In this document: one piece after another, positions 10,906 to 20,012 of the stretch | How positions within the stretch are numbered: the first letter of the stretch is position 1 | Layout: the number at the start of each line of letters is the position of its first letter | From: Dickeya solani IPO 2222 | Lineage (GTDB): Bacteria > Pseudomonadota > Gammaproteobacteria > Enterobacterales > Enterobacteriaceae | Length of the DNA stretch: 32,000 bases | Assembly: GCF_001644705.1 (NCBI RefSeq) | Contig: NZ_CP015137.1 | Location: 2,250,001 to 2,282,000, forward strand | Direction of reading: 5' to 3' | Program-made: the position numbers and the translations under genes | Notes under the pieces: generated by a model | Told to the model about the DNA's origin: nothing | Databases searched by the model: none | The model's input: the letters and a program-made list of their open reading frames with translations, nothing else

Positions 10906-11799
10906 GTGAAATTAAAAGATTTCGCTTTTTACGCCCCCTGCGTCTGGGGAACTACCTATTTTGTCACCACCCAGTTTCTTCCTGCCGACAAACCGCTGCT
11001 GGCGGCCCTGATCCGGGCGTTGCCGGCTGGTATTATTCTCATTTTCGGTAAAACCCTGCCGCCGGTCGGCTGGCTGTGGCGCTTGTTTGTATTGGGCGCG
11101 CTTAATATCGGCCTGTTCTTTGTGATGCTGTTTTTTGCCGCCTATCGCTTACCTGGCGGCGTGGTGGCGCTGGTGGGGTCACTTCAGCCGCTGATCGTAA
11201 TCCTGCTGTCTTTCCTGTTGTTGACGCAGCCGGTACTGGAAAAGCAGATGGTGGCGGCTGTAGCCGGCGGCATCGGTATTGCGCTGCTGATTTCGCTGCC
11301 GAACGCGCCGCTGAACCCCGCCGGGCTGGTGGCGTCGGCGCTGGCGACGGTAAGTATGGCGTCCGGCCTGGTGCTGACCAAAAAGTGGGGCCGCCCGGCC
11401 GGCATGACGATGCTGACGTTTACCGGCTGGCAGCTGTTTTGCGGCGGGCTGGTGATTCTGCCGGTGCAGATGCTGACAGAACCGTTACCGGATGTGGTGA
11501 CCCTGACCAACCTTGCCGGCTATTTTTATCTGGCGATTCCCGGTTCTTTGCTGGCCTATTTCATGTGGTTTTCCGGTCTCGAAGCTAATTCGCCGGTGAT
11601 TATGTCGATGCTGGGTTTTCTCAGCCCGCTGGTCGCGCTGCTACTGGGATTTTTATTTCTCCAGCAAGGACTTTCCGGCGCGCAATTGGTCGGAGTGGTA
11701 TTCATTTTCTCGGCGATTATTATCGTGCAGGATATTTCGTTGTTTCGCAGAAGAAAAAAAGTGAAGCAGTTGGAACAATCTGACTGTGTTGTCAAATAA
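10906..11799 (+). CDS. pecM: DMT/EamA-family membrane protein PecM
   Basis: 297 aa with a GTG start preceded by GAGGAAGG. It has about ten hydrophobic segments and two EamA-like halves, and is divergent from pecS. Confidence 0.88.
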   Translation: MKLKDFAFYAPCVWGTTYFVTTQFLPADKPLLAALIRALPAGIILIFGKTLPPVGWLWRLFVLGALNIGLFFVMLFFAAYRLPGGVVALVGSLQPLIVILLSFLLLTQPVLEKQMVAAVAGGIGIALLISLPNAPLNPAGLVASALATVSMASGLVLTKKWGRPAGMTMLTFTGWQLFCGGLVILPVQMLTEPLPDVVTLTNLAGYFYLAIPGSLLAYFMWFSGLEANSPVIMSMLGFLSPLVALLLGFLFLQQGLSGAQLVGVVFIFSAIIIVQDISLFRRRKKVKQLEQSDCVVK

Positions 11800-12141
11800 A
11801 TAATATATTTTTTGTTTCATATCACAAAATAATCTTGAACATGAAATATTAAAGTAATATACATATTGCCTAATAAATTTAGGTTATCAGATCGATAGTC
11901 AATATCTTGCAGACAGGAAAAACGTTTTTTAATTTAATGAGGATGTTATGTGCCAGTCGATGAAAATAAATCACTGGCGCTTAATGTAAATCGATAATAA
12001 TTCAGGATGTATTGTTATCGATGATATCGTGAAACCAATGATTACTATGTCATTGATACCAGACGTGAGTCATACCTGCGTCTGCGGGAACGACATCGTC
12101 CGGATATAATCTGACATATTCGCCCAGGATGAGAGAATATT

Positions 12142-13092
12142 ATGTCTAAAACGGATTTTTTGCATGAGTTACTGCGGTTTAGTGATGAGGTAAAGGAGGC
12201 GCTGCTTACCGATAAGCCGGTGGTGGCGCTGGAATCGACCGTGATCGCCCACGGCCTGCCTTATCCTGAGAATGTGGCTACGGCCAGAAAGATTGAGGCC
12301 GCGGTGCGGGCCGAAGGGGCGATTCCTGCGACGATCGGCATTGAAAACGGCCGGTTTCTTATTGGCATGTCGGATGCTGATATTGAACGGTTTGGCTCGA
12401 CCAAGGGCATTCCGAAAGCCAGCAGCCGCGATATTCCGGTGATTCTGGCGCAAGGCGGCATGGGGGCGACCACCGTAGCGTCGTCGCTGGTGGCGGCGGA
12501 TCTGGCCGGTATTCCTTTCTTTGCATCGGCGGGCATCGGCGGCGTACATCGCGGCGCCGAGCGGTCGATGGATATTTCCGCCGACCTGATCCAGTTCACC
12601 CGCTCCCGGGTTGCGGTGGTGTGTGCCGGCGCCAAGAGCATTCTCGACCTTGGTCTGACGCTTGAATATCTGGAAACCCAGTGTGTGCCCATCATTTCCT
12701 ATCAATCTGACGATTTTCCCGCTTTTTACTGCCGCTCCAGCGGTTTTCAAAGCCCTCACCGGCTGGACGACGCCACGGTGATTGCCCGCTCTATCGAGAT
12801 GCACTGGAAGCTGGGTAACCAGAGTTCGGTGCTGATTACCCATCCGATTCATGAAGGCGACGCCATCGACACAGATGAAGTGGAGTCGATCATCCGTGAC
12901 GCTGCCGTTCAGGCGGAGCATGAAGGTATTCGCGGGCCAGGCGCCACGCCGTATCTGATGCGCGCCGTCGCCAAAGCCACGGAAGGGCGGACGGTTAAGG
13001 CCAACATGTCGGTGCTGATCAGTACGGCCGCGCTGGCTGGCAAACTGGCCTGCGCCCATACCGACTATCTGCGGCAGCAAAGCCAGGCATAA
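12142..13092 (+). CDS. indA: IndA, pseudouridine-5'-phosphate glycosidase (PsuG/YeiN)-like protein of the indigoidine locus
   Basis: 316 aa: ...[20 protein letters not shown]...[42 protein letters not shown]...[25 protein letters not shown]. Collinear with the E. coli YeiN/PsuG motifs. Confidence 0.9.
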   Translation: MSKTDFLHELLRFSDEVKEALLTDKPVVALESTVIAHGLPYPENVATARKIEAAVRAEGAIPATIGIENGRFLIGMSDADIERFGSTKGIPKASSRDIPVILAQGGMGATTVASSLVAADLAGIPFFASAGIGGVHRGAERSMDISADLIQFTRSRVAVVCAGAKSILDLGLTLEYLETQCVPIISYQSDDFPAFYCRSSGFQSPHRLDDATVIARSIEMHWKLGNQSSVLITHPIHEGDAIDTDEVESIIRDAAVQAEHEGIRGPGATPYLMRAVAKATEGRTVKANMSVLISTAALAGKLACAHTDYLRQQSQA

Positions 13093-13103
13093 GGATATGT
13101 CTC

Positions 13104-13796
13104 ATGAAGCCACTTGTGATTTTTGATCTGGACGGCACGCTGGTCGACACGCCGAGCGGCATTGTTAGTGCATTTGTCACTGCATTGCGCGATCTGGCGA
13201 TGCCGTTTGAGGACCGTCGCGCCATTCGCGCCACTATCGGTTTGCCGCTGGAAAAAGCCTTTGGTCAGATTCTGGCGCTGCCGGTCGAGGATGAAAGGGT
13301 AACCGCTGCTGTCAGGCAGTATCAGGCCGTTTTCCGTGAGCAAGTACTGCCGCAGGCGCCGGGGCTGGTTTTTCCCGGCGTGGTGGAGGGACTGGCGCTG
13401 CTTAAAGGGCAAGGTTATACGCTGGCGGTCGCCACCAGCAAGGTATTCGCCAGTGCGAAAGCGCTGCTGGAGGCGGCTGGATTGTGGTCGTACTTCGATC
13501 TGGTGCTGGGGGCGGACATGGTGGCGCACCCTAAACCGCATCCCGAAATGGGGCTGCTGGCGATGTCCCGTTTGGGCGCTGATGCGGCGACCACCGCGAT
13601 GGTGGGCGACACCACACACGATTTGCTGATGGCGAAACAGGCCGGCATGGCCGCCATTGGCGTCACCTGGGGGATTCATTCCACCGACCAGCTTAAAGCG
13701 GCGGAACCGCAGGTGATTGTTGATACATTTAGCGAGGTAGTCGGGGCTGCCCACGCATTATTAAAACTGTCTTCTTCCCCGGTATCTTATTGTTGA
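13104..13796 (+). CDS. indB: IndB, HAD-superfamily phosphatase (phosphoglycolate phosphatase-like)
   Basis: 230 aa with HAD motif I (VIFDLDGTLVDT), motif II (ATSK) and motif IV (GDTTHD). It starts 11 nt after indA. Confidence 0.87.
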   Translation: MKPLVIFDLDGTLVDTPSGIVSAFVTALRDLAMPFEDRRAIRATIGLPLEKAFGQILALPVEDERVTAAVRQYQAVFREQVLPQAPGLVFPGVVEGLALLKGQGYTLAVATSKVFASAKALLEAAGLWSYFDLVLGADMVAHPKPHPEMGLLAMSRLGADAATTAMVGDTTHDLLMAKQAGMAAIGVTWGIHSTDQLKAAEPQVIVDTFSEVVGAAHALLKLSSSPVSYC

Positions 13797-13875
13797 TTCT
13801 GCCTGATTTTTCTTAGCCGTTTTATTGCCCCGAAAATGGATTTGGCCTGAAGACTGGAGTCTATGCCCAAAGTAA

Positions 13876-13913
13876 TTCACGTTGCAGGAAGACCAATGTC
13901 CCTGCAACGTGAA
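13876..13913. repeat. Perfect 13-bp inverted repeat in the indB-indC intergenic region
   Basis: TTCACGTTGCAGG (13876-13888), a 12-nt spacer, then CCTGCAACGTGAA (13901-13913). No U-tract follows, so an operator or RNA structure is as likely as a terminator. Confidence 0.5.
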
Positions 13914-14008
13914 GTATGGCGGGTATAAGGACAAACCTTATATACGGCGCTTTATCCTGAAATAAAACCGTTCGGTTTATTTTTATTGATTCATGCACGA
14001 GGATTGTA

Positions 14009-17000
14009 ATGGATAACATCTCGAATCACGCATTCAATTACCCGGTATTGATTTTGAATAAAGGATTATTACCCGATCATGACGACGTCTCTTTGGCTCG
14101 TTATCTGTTTTCTGCTCTGACGCTGGCGGTGTCGCGTATTACTCAAAATGAAGAAATGATCGTCGGTTTTCATTTGCATCCGCAGGAAATTGCCTGCTGG
14201 AAAGATGACGAGTGTCTTCGTCAACATATTCTCCCACTGAATATTCGGTTAAATAGCGCGACGCCTATTGCCGGTTTTACCCGCGAAATCATGGCCTGGA
14301 TGACGCCGGACGCTATTCATCAGAAAAATACTGTGGGCGTCAGCGTGCTGACGCTGGGTTCGCAACATGCGCTTCACGATGTCTTTGACCTGGAAATATC
14401 CTGGCAGCCGCCGGTAGAAAACCAGCCGGTTCGGTCGCTGACATGCCATGTCGCCAGCCGCGAAGAGGCGTTTGTGCTGACGCTACGGTTTAACCCGGCC
14501 CGTTTCAGCGCGACGCAGATGCAAAAACTGCCTGAGGTATGGCGCCAGATAACGACGTTTGCCGCAAAAACCGGCGCACAAACGCTGCGTGATATCGGGT
14601 TGATTGACGACGCCGAGCGCCAACGCGTGCTACACGCTTTTAACCAGACCGAACGGGCGTGGGGTGGAGAGCCGACCATCGCCGCAAGGCTGAAAAGCCG
14701 GGCGCAACGTCATCCGGAACAGACCGCGGTGGTGTTCCGCGATGGGACGCTAAGTTACCGGCAGCTCTACCAGCAGGCGGGCGCGCTGGCGCACTACCTG
14801 AATGCGCTGGAGACGGCGCGCGAGCGTTGCGTGGGGTTGTTTGTCGAGCCATCGCTGGCGCTAATGACCGGCGCCTGGGGGATCTTGCTGTCCGGTAACG
14901 CCTATCTGCCGTTGTCGCCGGAATACCCGGAAGATCGGCTGGCTTATATGCTGGAGAACAGCCAAACCCGTATTATCGTTACCCAGTCTCATTTGCGCGA
15001 GCGGCTGCTGGCGCTGGCTCCGCCGGGAATTCAGGTGGTGACGTCGGACGATGTCGATGCGTTTATGCGTCAGCACGCGCACTCCCTGCCCGACGCGCCG
15101 GCGAACGATATCGCACCGCATCATCTGGCCTATGTGATTTATACCTCCGGCAGCACCGGCAAGCCGAAAGGCGTGATGATTGAACATCATAGCGTGCTGA
15201 ATCAGATGAACTGGCTGGCACAAACTTTTGGGCTGAATGAAGAGACGGTGATTCTGCAGAAAACGCCAATGAGCTTTGATGCGGCGCAGTGGGAAATTCT
15301 GTCGCCAGCCTGCGGTTGTCGGGTGGTGATGGGCGAGCCGGGCGTGTACCGGAACCCGGAGCAACTGGTGGACATGCTGGCGGAGTATCGGGTGACTACG
15401 TTGCAGTGCGTGCCGACGCTGCTGCAGGCGCTGCTGGATACCGAACGCCTGACTCACTGCCCGGCGCTGAGGCAGATTTTCAGCGGCGGCGAAGCGCTGC
15501 AAAAGCATCTGGCGCAGGCGTGCCTGGAGACGCTGCCCGATCGCGAGCTCATTAATTTGTATGGCCCGACCGAATGCACCATCAACAGTTCCGCTTTCCA
15601 GGTTGACCCTGCCAGTGTGCAGCAGGGGCCGGATACGTTGTCCATCGGCGCGCCGGTGGCGAATACCCGTTATTACATTCTGGATAACTGCCTGACGCCG
15701 GTGCCCGTCGGGCAAACCGGGGAGCTGTACATCGGCGGCGACGGGGTGGCGAGAGGCTATCTGAATCGTGATGACCTGACCGCCGAGCGTTTCATCGTCG
15801 ATCCGTTTGCGCCGGCCGGTTCCGGGCGACGTTTGTATCAGACCGGCGATATCGCCAGCTGGAATCATGATGGCACGGTCCAGTACGCCGGCCGTGCCGA
15901 CAATCAGGTCAAGCTGCGCGGCTATCGCGTCGAGCTGGATGAGATCCGCTCAGCGATCGAAACCCATGACTGGGTGAAAGCGGCGGCGGTGATCGTCAGG
16001 AACGACCCGTTTACCGGCTACCAGAACCTGATTTCGTTTATTGAACTGAATGCCCGCGAAGCGGCGCTGATGGATCAGGGCAATCACGGTTCACACCATC
16101 AGTCCAAAGCCGATAAGGCGCAGGTCATGATGCAACTGGCGAATAAAGGCTGCCGGGAATTTCCGGCAGCCAGCCAGCCGTATACCCTTGATTTGCCGGG
16201 CAAGCAGCCGGATGAAAAACAGCGCCTCACCGCATTTTCCCGCAAAACCTATCGGTTTTACGACGGCGGCGACGTCAGCCGTAACGATATTCTCTCGTTG
16301 CTGCACGAACCGCTGTTGACGGCTATTTCCCGTCAGCCGGACGCCCTGACGCTGGACGAACTGGGCCACTGGCTGCGTTATCTGGGGCAGTTCACCAGCG
16401 CGGAACGGCTGCTGCCCAAATATACCTACGCTTCGCCGGGCGCGCTGTACGCCACCCAGGTTTTTCTGGAACTGAACGGCGTGGCCGGGCTGGCCGCCGG
16501 GCATTACTACTACCAGCCGGTGCATCACCAACTGGTGCGGGTCAGCGAGCAGGTCTCGGTGACGCCGGGCAGCCTGCGGCTACACTTTGTCGGCAAGAAG
16601 AGCGCGATCGAACCTATCTACAAAAATAACATTCGGGAAGTGTTGCAAATGGAGATGGGGCACATCATCGGCATGCTGGATATTGTCCTGCCGGATTATG
16701 GCTTGGGCGTGGCGCTGTGCGACGCGGCGACGCTGGACTCTGCGCCGCTGGTTATTAACCCGGACGATGATTATCTGGGAGCCTGTGATGTGCTATCCGG
16801 GCCGCGTCTGCCGGCGGATGACGACCTGGATATTTACGTGCAGACCGCCGGCGCGAACATCGCCGACCTGCCGGTTGGGACGTACCGCTACGTTCGCGGC
16901 GACCTGCAGCACATTGCCGATGACGTCATTGATAAGAAACATGTTATCGCCATCAATCAGTCGGTGTATGAACGCTCGTCGTTCGGCATCAGTATCACCA

Positions 17001-18475
17001 GCCGGACCGAAGGCTGGGCCGGATACGTGCATGTGGGACGTAAACTGCAGCGCCTGCAGATGAACCCCCTGAATGTCGGGTTGATGTCTTCCGGCTACAG
17101 CTCGGAAACCGGCAACGATCTGCCCGCCGCCCGCCGCTTCTGGCAGATTCTCGGCCATCGTACCGGGCCATATTATTTCTTTATTGGCGGTCGCATCAGC
17201 GACGAGCAGAAATACAGCGAGGGTATGAAGGAAGACGCCGTGCATATGAAAGGGCCGGCGGAGATGATTCGTGACGACCTGGCGGCGTTCATGCCGGATT
17301 ACATGATGCCGAACAAGGTGCTGATTCTTGACGAGATGCCGCTGACGGCAAACGGCAAAATCGACATGAAAGCGCTGGCGGATATTAATGTCGAGCTTAA
17401 GCACAAAACGATCGTCGCACCCCGTAACCCGCTGGAACATCAGGTCATGGCTGTCTGGCAGGCGAAATTGAAACGTGAGGAGGTGTCGGTGGATGACAAT
17501 TTCTTCGAGTCGGGCGGTAATTCGCTGATCGCCGTCAGCCTGATCAATGAGCTGAACGCGACGTTAAACGCCGGCTTGCCGTTGCAGGTGTTATTTCAGG
17601 CGCCCACCGTTGAAAAACTGGCGGCGTGGCTGAGCTGCGCGCGCCAGGAACCGGTATCCCGTCTGGTTCAACTGCAGCCCAAAGGGCGTCAGGCGCCAGT
17701 CTATTGCTGGCCGGGTTTGGGCGGCTACTGCATGAACCTGCGGCTGCTGGCGCGTCAACTGGGCGCGGAGCGACCGTTCTTCGGCATTCAGGCTCACGGC
17801 ATCAATCCGGGTGAGGCGCCTTATGCCACCATCGGCGAGATGGCAGCCAGAGATATTGAACTGATTCGCCAGCACCAGCCGCACGGGCCTTATACGTTGT
17901 GGGGATATTCTTTCGGCGCGCGCGTCGCGTTTGAAACCGCCTGGCAACTGGAGCTGGCAGGCGAGGTGGTGGACAACCTGTATCTGCTGGCGCCCGGCTC
18001 GCCGAAACTGCGCGATGACCGGGTGGCCGCCATGAGCCGTACGGCGGATTTTGATAACCCCGGTTATCTGACCATCCTGTTCTCGGTATTTATCGGCAGT
18101 ATTACCGACCCAGAGCTGGCGCGTTGTCTGGAAACGGTGCGTGACGAAGAGAGCTTTGTGGCTTTTATCACCGGGCTGAACCCGGCGCTGGATGACGGGC
18201 TGGTCCGGCGGATCACCCGCATTGTGGCGCAAACCTTCGAGTTCACCTACACCTTCAGCGAGCTACAGCAGCGGCAACTGAACGCGCCGGTAACCATCAT
18301 CAAGGCGCAGGGCGACGATTACTCGTTCATCGAGAATCACGGCGGATTTTCCGCCCAGCCGCCTACGGTGCTGGAGCTGATGGCGGACCATTACAGCATG
18401 CTGAAAGCGCCGGGGATCGACGAACTGACGAGCGTCATCCAGTATCAACAGTCGCCTTCCAGCCTGGTGGGATGA
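14009..18475 (+). CDS. indC: Indigoidine synthase IndC: single-module NRPS with an oxidase domain embedded in the adenylation domain (A-Ox-T-TE)
   Basis: 1488 aa. A-domain cores: LAYVIYTSGSTGKPKGV, FDAAQWE, NLYGPTECT, GELYIGGDGVARGY, YQTGD, GRADNQVKLRGYRVELDEI. About 400 aa (YASPGALY..., nitroreductase/FMN oxidase-like) are inserted before A10 (LPLTANGKIDMKAL). Carrier motif FFESGGNSL; thioesterase GYSFG. It lies downstream of indA-indB. Confidence 0.96.
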   Translation: MDNISNHAFNYPVLILNKGLLPDHDDVSLARYLFSALTLAVSRITQNEEMIVGFHLHPQEIACWKDDECLRQHILPLNIRLNSATPIAGFTREIMAWMTPDAIHQKNTVGVSVLTLGSQHALHDVFDLEISWQPPVENQPVRSLTCHVASREEAFVLTLRFNPARFSATQMQKLPEVWRQITTFAAKTGAQTLRDIGLIDDAERQRVLHAFNQTERAWGGEPTIAARLKSRAQRHPEQTAVVFRDGTLSYRQLYQQAGALAHYLNALETARERCVGLFVEPSLALMTGAWGILLSGNAYLPLSPEYPEDRLAYMLENSQTRIIVTQSHLRERLLALAPPGIQVVTSDDVDAFMRQHAHSLPDAPANDIAPHHLAYVIYTSGSTGKPKGVMIEHHSVLNQMNWLAQTFGLNEETVILQKTPMSFDAAQWEILSPACGCRVVMGEPGVYRNPEQLVDMLAEYRVTTLQCVPTLLQALLDTERLTHCPALRQIFSGGEALQKHLAQACLETLPDRELINLYGPTECTINSSAFQVDPASVQQGPDTLSIGAPVANTRYYILDNCLTPVPVGQTGELYIGGDGVARGYLNRDDLTAERFIVDPFAPAGSGRRLYQTGDIASWNHDGTVQYAGRADNQVKLRGYRVELDEIRSAIETHDWVKAAAVIVRNDPFTGYQNLISFIELNAREAALMDQGNHGSHHQSKADKAQVMMQLANKGCREFPAASQPYTLDLPGKQPDEKQRLTAFSRKTYRFYDGGDVSRNDILSLLHEPLLTAISRQPDALTLDELGHWLRYLGQFTSAERLLPKYTYASPGALYATQVFLELNGVAGLAAGHYYYQPVHHQLVRVSEQVSVTPGSLRLHFVGKKSAIEPIYKNNIREVLQMEMGHIIGMLDIVLPDYGLGVALCDAATLDSAPLVINPDDDYLGACDVLSGPRLPADDDLDIYVQTAGANIADLPVGTYRYVRGDLQHIADDVIDKKHVIAINQSVYERSSFGISITSRTEGWAGYVHVGRKLQRLQMNPLNVGLMSSGYSSETGNDLPAARRFWQILGHRTGPYYFFIGGRISDEQKYSEGMKEDAVHMKGPAEMIRDDLAAFMPDYMMPNKVLILDEMPLTANGKIDMKALADINVELKHKTIVAPRNPLEHQVMAVWQAKLKREEVSVDDNFFESGGNSLIAVSLINELNATLNAGLPLQVLFQAPTVEKLAAWLSCARQEPVSRLVQLQPKGRQAPVYCWPGLGGYCMNLRLLARQLGAERPFFGIQAHGINPGEAPYATIGEMAARDIELIRQHQPHGPYTLWGYSFGARVAFETAWQLELAGEVVDNLYLLAPGSPKLRDDRVAAMSRTADFDNPGYLTILFSVFIGSITDPELARCLETVRDEESFVAFITGLNPALDDGLVRRITRIVAQTFEFTYTFSELQQRQLNAPVTIIKAQGDDYSFIENHGGFSAQPPTVLELMADHYSMLKAPGIDELTSVIQYQQSPSSLVG

Positions 18476-18490
18476 GACTGTCGGCATAAC

Positions 18491-18520
18491 GCGCGCGGGG
18501 AGTTCCCCGTGCGCTTTTCT
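18491..18520 (+). terminator. Rho-independent terminator of indC
   Basis: GCGCGCGGGG-agtt-CCCCGTGCGC is a 10-bp stem (one G-U pair) with a 4-nt loop, followed by TTTTCT. It starts 16 nt after the indC stop. Confidence 0.8.
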
Positions 18521-18565
18521 GCGTTGTCCCATTATCAAACCGATTTTTTCGCTGTTTTGTCGACA

Positions 18566-18595
18566 TAATCCCATGTTTTAACGCATTAATCCCAT
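18566..18595 (+). promoter_or_regulatory. Tandem AATCCCAT direct repeat upstream of the KAS III-like gene (candidate activator site)
   Basis: CATAATCCCATGTTTT and CATTAATCCCATTTTT start 21 bp apart. The same tandem motif occurs, in the same orientation relative to its gene, upstream of the AraC-type gene at 23879-23917. Confidence 0.45.
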
Positions 18596-18799
18596 TTTTG
18601 AGATAAACGCATTCTGAAAACAAGGCGACGGCAATTGCGGATAAAAACAAAACTCGTTTGTTGGCAAAGTGTCTGTAGATTGACTGTGCGCGATCATGGG
18701 TCATGAACGGTGTTGCTGCAATTATGGCTTCACTATTAGTGTCATAAGCGTTTGTGCGACATGGGGACGGTAGCCGTGCGAACTTCATCGGAAACCGGC

Positions 18800-19732
18800 A
18801 TGTTTTGCCTTAATGCCATTCATCATGAAGCGCCGGAGCGCATCCGGCGTTTTCCCCTGGGGGAACTGGGGGCTTCGCATCAGCTGCGGGAAGGGCAGCG
18901 CCGCATGATGGAAAAGCTGTATCAACTGAAGACGGTGCCGATGCGCTCCGACAACCATCAGGCGATGCTGGAGTCGGTGGTGGCGGGGCTGGTTGATAGC
19001 TGGCCGACGCTGCCTGCACAGGAAGGGCTGCTGATCTATGCCAAAACGCAGACGCATAACACTTTCTTTGACCGCCACTGGCTGGATGACATTCTGCATC
19101 GCCAGCGGCTGGGGCGCTGGGACGTCACGACGTTCGGTCTGAATCATTGCGCCAGCGCGCTGTCGGCGTTGCATCTGGTGCGGCACAGCGCGGTTCGCCG
19201 GAACAAGCCGGTGCTGTTGTTGACGGGGGAGAAGGCGTTTCACCCTGAAATCAACCGATTCACGGTCGGCGTACAGGGAGAACTGCCGGTGGCGGCGCTC
19301 TTCAATGCGACGAACAGCCCGTGGCAGGTGACGTTTACGGCGGTCAGGCACCTGAGCCGTTTTTATAACAATCCGAGCAATATGACCCGGCAGGAAAAAG
19401 CGGAATTGAATGGCTGCCTGCTGGATGAACTGTGCCGTTTTATTGTCGATGCCGTTAGGGACAGCGGTATAGGCATGGACGAGATGGACTATTTTGTTCC
19501 CTGCAATCTTAATGTCCCGTTATTACGTCAGATGGCGCAACGTTTGAATATGGGCGATCGCTTATTCAGCCAACAGGTTTCTGATTACGGTCATCTGTAT
19601 TGTTCGGACGTTTTATTTAATTTTTCTTCATTAATGAAAACTACAACCGGTCGCGCGAAAAACTATTTTTGTTTTTCGATGGGAATGGGGATCACGCTTT
19701 CCTGCGCGCTGATACAGCAAATTGATATTTAA
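18800..19732 (+). CDS. vfmA: KAS III (FabH)-like thiolase-fold enzyme with a non-canonical active site; first gene of a five-gene operon
   Basis: FabH-like length (about 311 aa from ATG 18800) and motif order: FGLNHCASALSALH (nucleophile Cys), YFVPCNLNVPLL (in place of the FabH PHQAN), DYGHLYCSD (in place of GNTSAAS), C-terminal SMGMGITLSCALI. The start is uncertain (TTG 18752, ATG 18761 and ATG 18800 are all in frame). The symbol is assigned by synteny with the Dickeya vfmAZBCD/E/FGHIJ order as I recall it, not by alignment. Confidence 0.72.
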   Translation: MFCLNAIHHEAPERIRRFPLGELGASHQLREGQRRMMEKLYQLKTVPMRSDNHQAMLESVVAGLVDSWPTLPAQEGLLIYAKTQTHNTFFDRHWLDDILHRQRLGRWDVTTFGLNHCASALSALHLVRHSAVRRNKPVLLLTGEKAFHPEINRFTVGVQGELPVAALFNATNSPWQVTFTAVRHLSRFYNNPSNMTRQEKAELNGCLLDELCRFIVDAVRDSGIGMDEMDYFVPCNLNVPLLRQMAQRLNMGDRLFSQQVSDYGHLYCSDVLFNFSSLMKTTTGRAKNYFCFSMGMGITLSCALIQQIDI

Positions 19733-19745
19733 ACAGGAGACAGAC

Positions 19746-20012
19746 ATGTCTGCGCTATTAATCACTATTCAACAGGCGTTACGCGAAGTCATGGAGAATG
19801 ACGACATCAATATCAGTGAAAAAACGGATTTTGATCATGACCTCGACCTGGACTCGGTGATGTTTGTGCAATTTTTGCTGACGCTTGAAGATAACATCGA
19901 CGGACTGCTGTTCGATCCTGACCAAATCAACATGGATGCCTTCGCCACCGTGGGTAGCCTGATTGGCTGGCTGAATGCCAATGTGTTGCAGGAGGTGCGG
20001 CATGTCAGTTGA
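19746..20012 (+). CDS. vfmZ: Small acyl/peptidyl carrier protein
   Basis: 88 aa from ATG 19746 (AGGAGA 8 nt upstream). Contains the phosphopantetheine-attachment motif DLDLDSVMFVQFLLTLED. The track start at 19722 adds 8 residues. Confidence 0.75.
   Translation: MSALLITIQQALREVMENDDINISEKTDFDHDLDLDSVMFVQFLLTLEDNIDGLLFDPDQINMDAFATVGSLIGWLNANVLQEVRHVS

Noticed and set aside
13955-13990. AAACC-gttc-GGTTT hairpin followed by a T-run just upstream of indC, considered as a terminator
   Set aside because: The stem is only 5 bp and AT-rich, and it lies about 25 nt before the indC start, where a terminator makes little sense. It is more likely part of an AT-rich promoter or 5'-UTR.
18435-18788. 117-aa minus-strand ORF between indC and the KAS III-like gene
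   Set aside because: It spans the indC terminator and the tandem-repeat promoter region and overlaps the indC 3' end. It has no RBS or motif.
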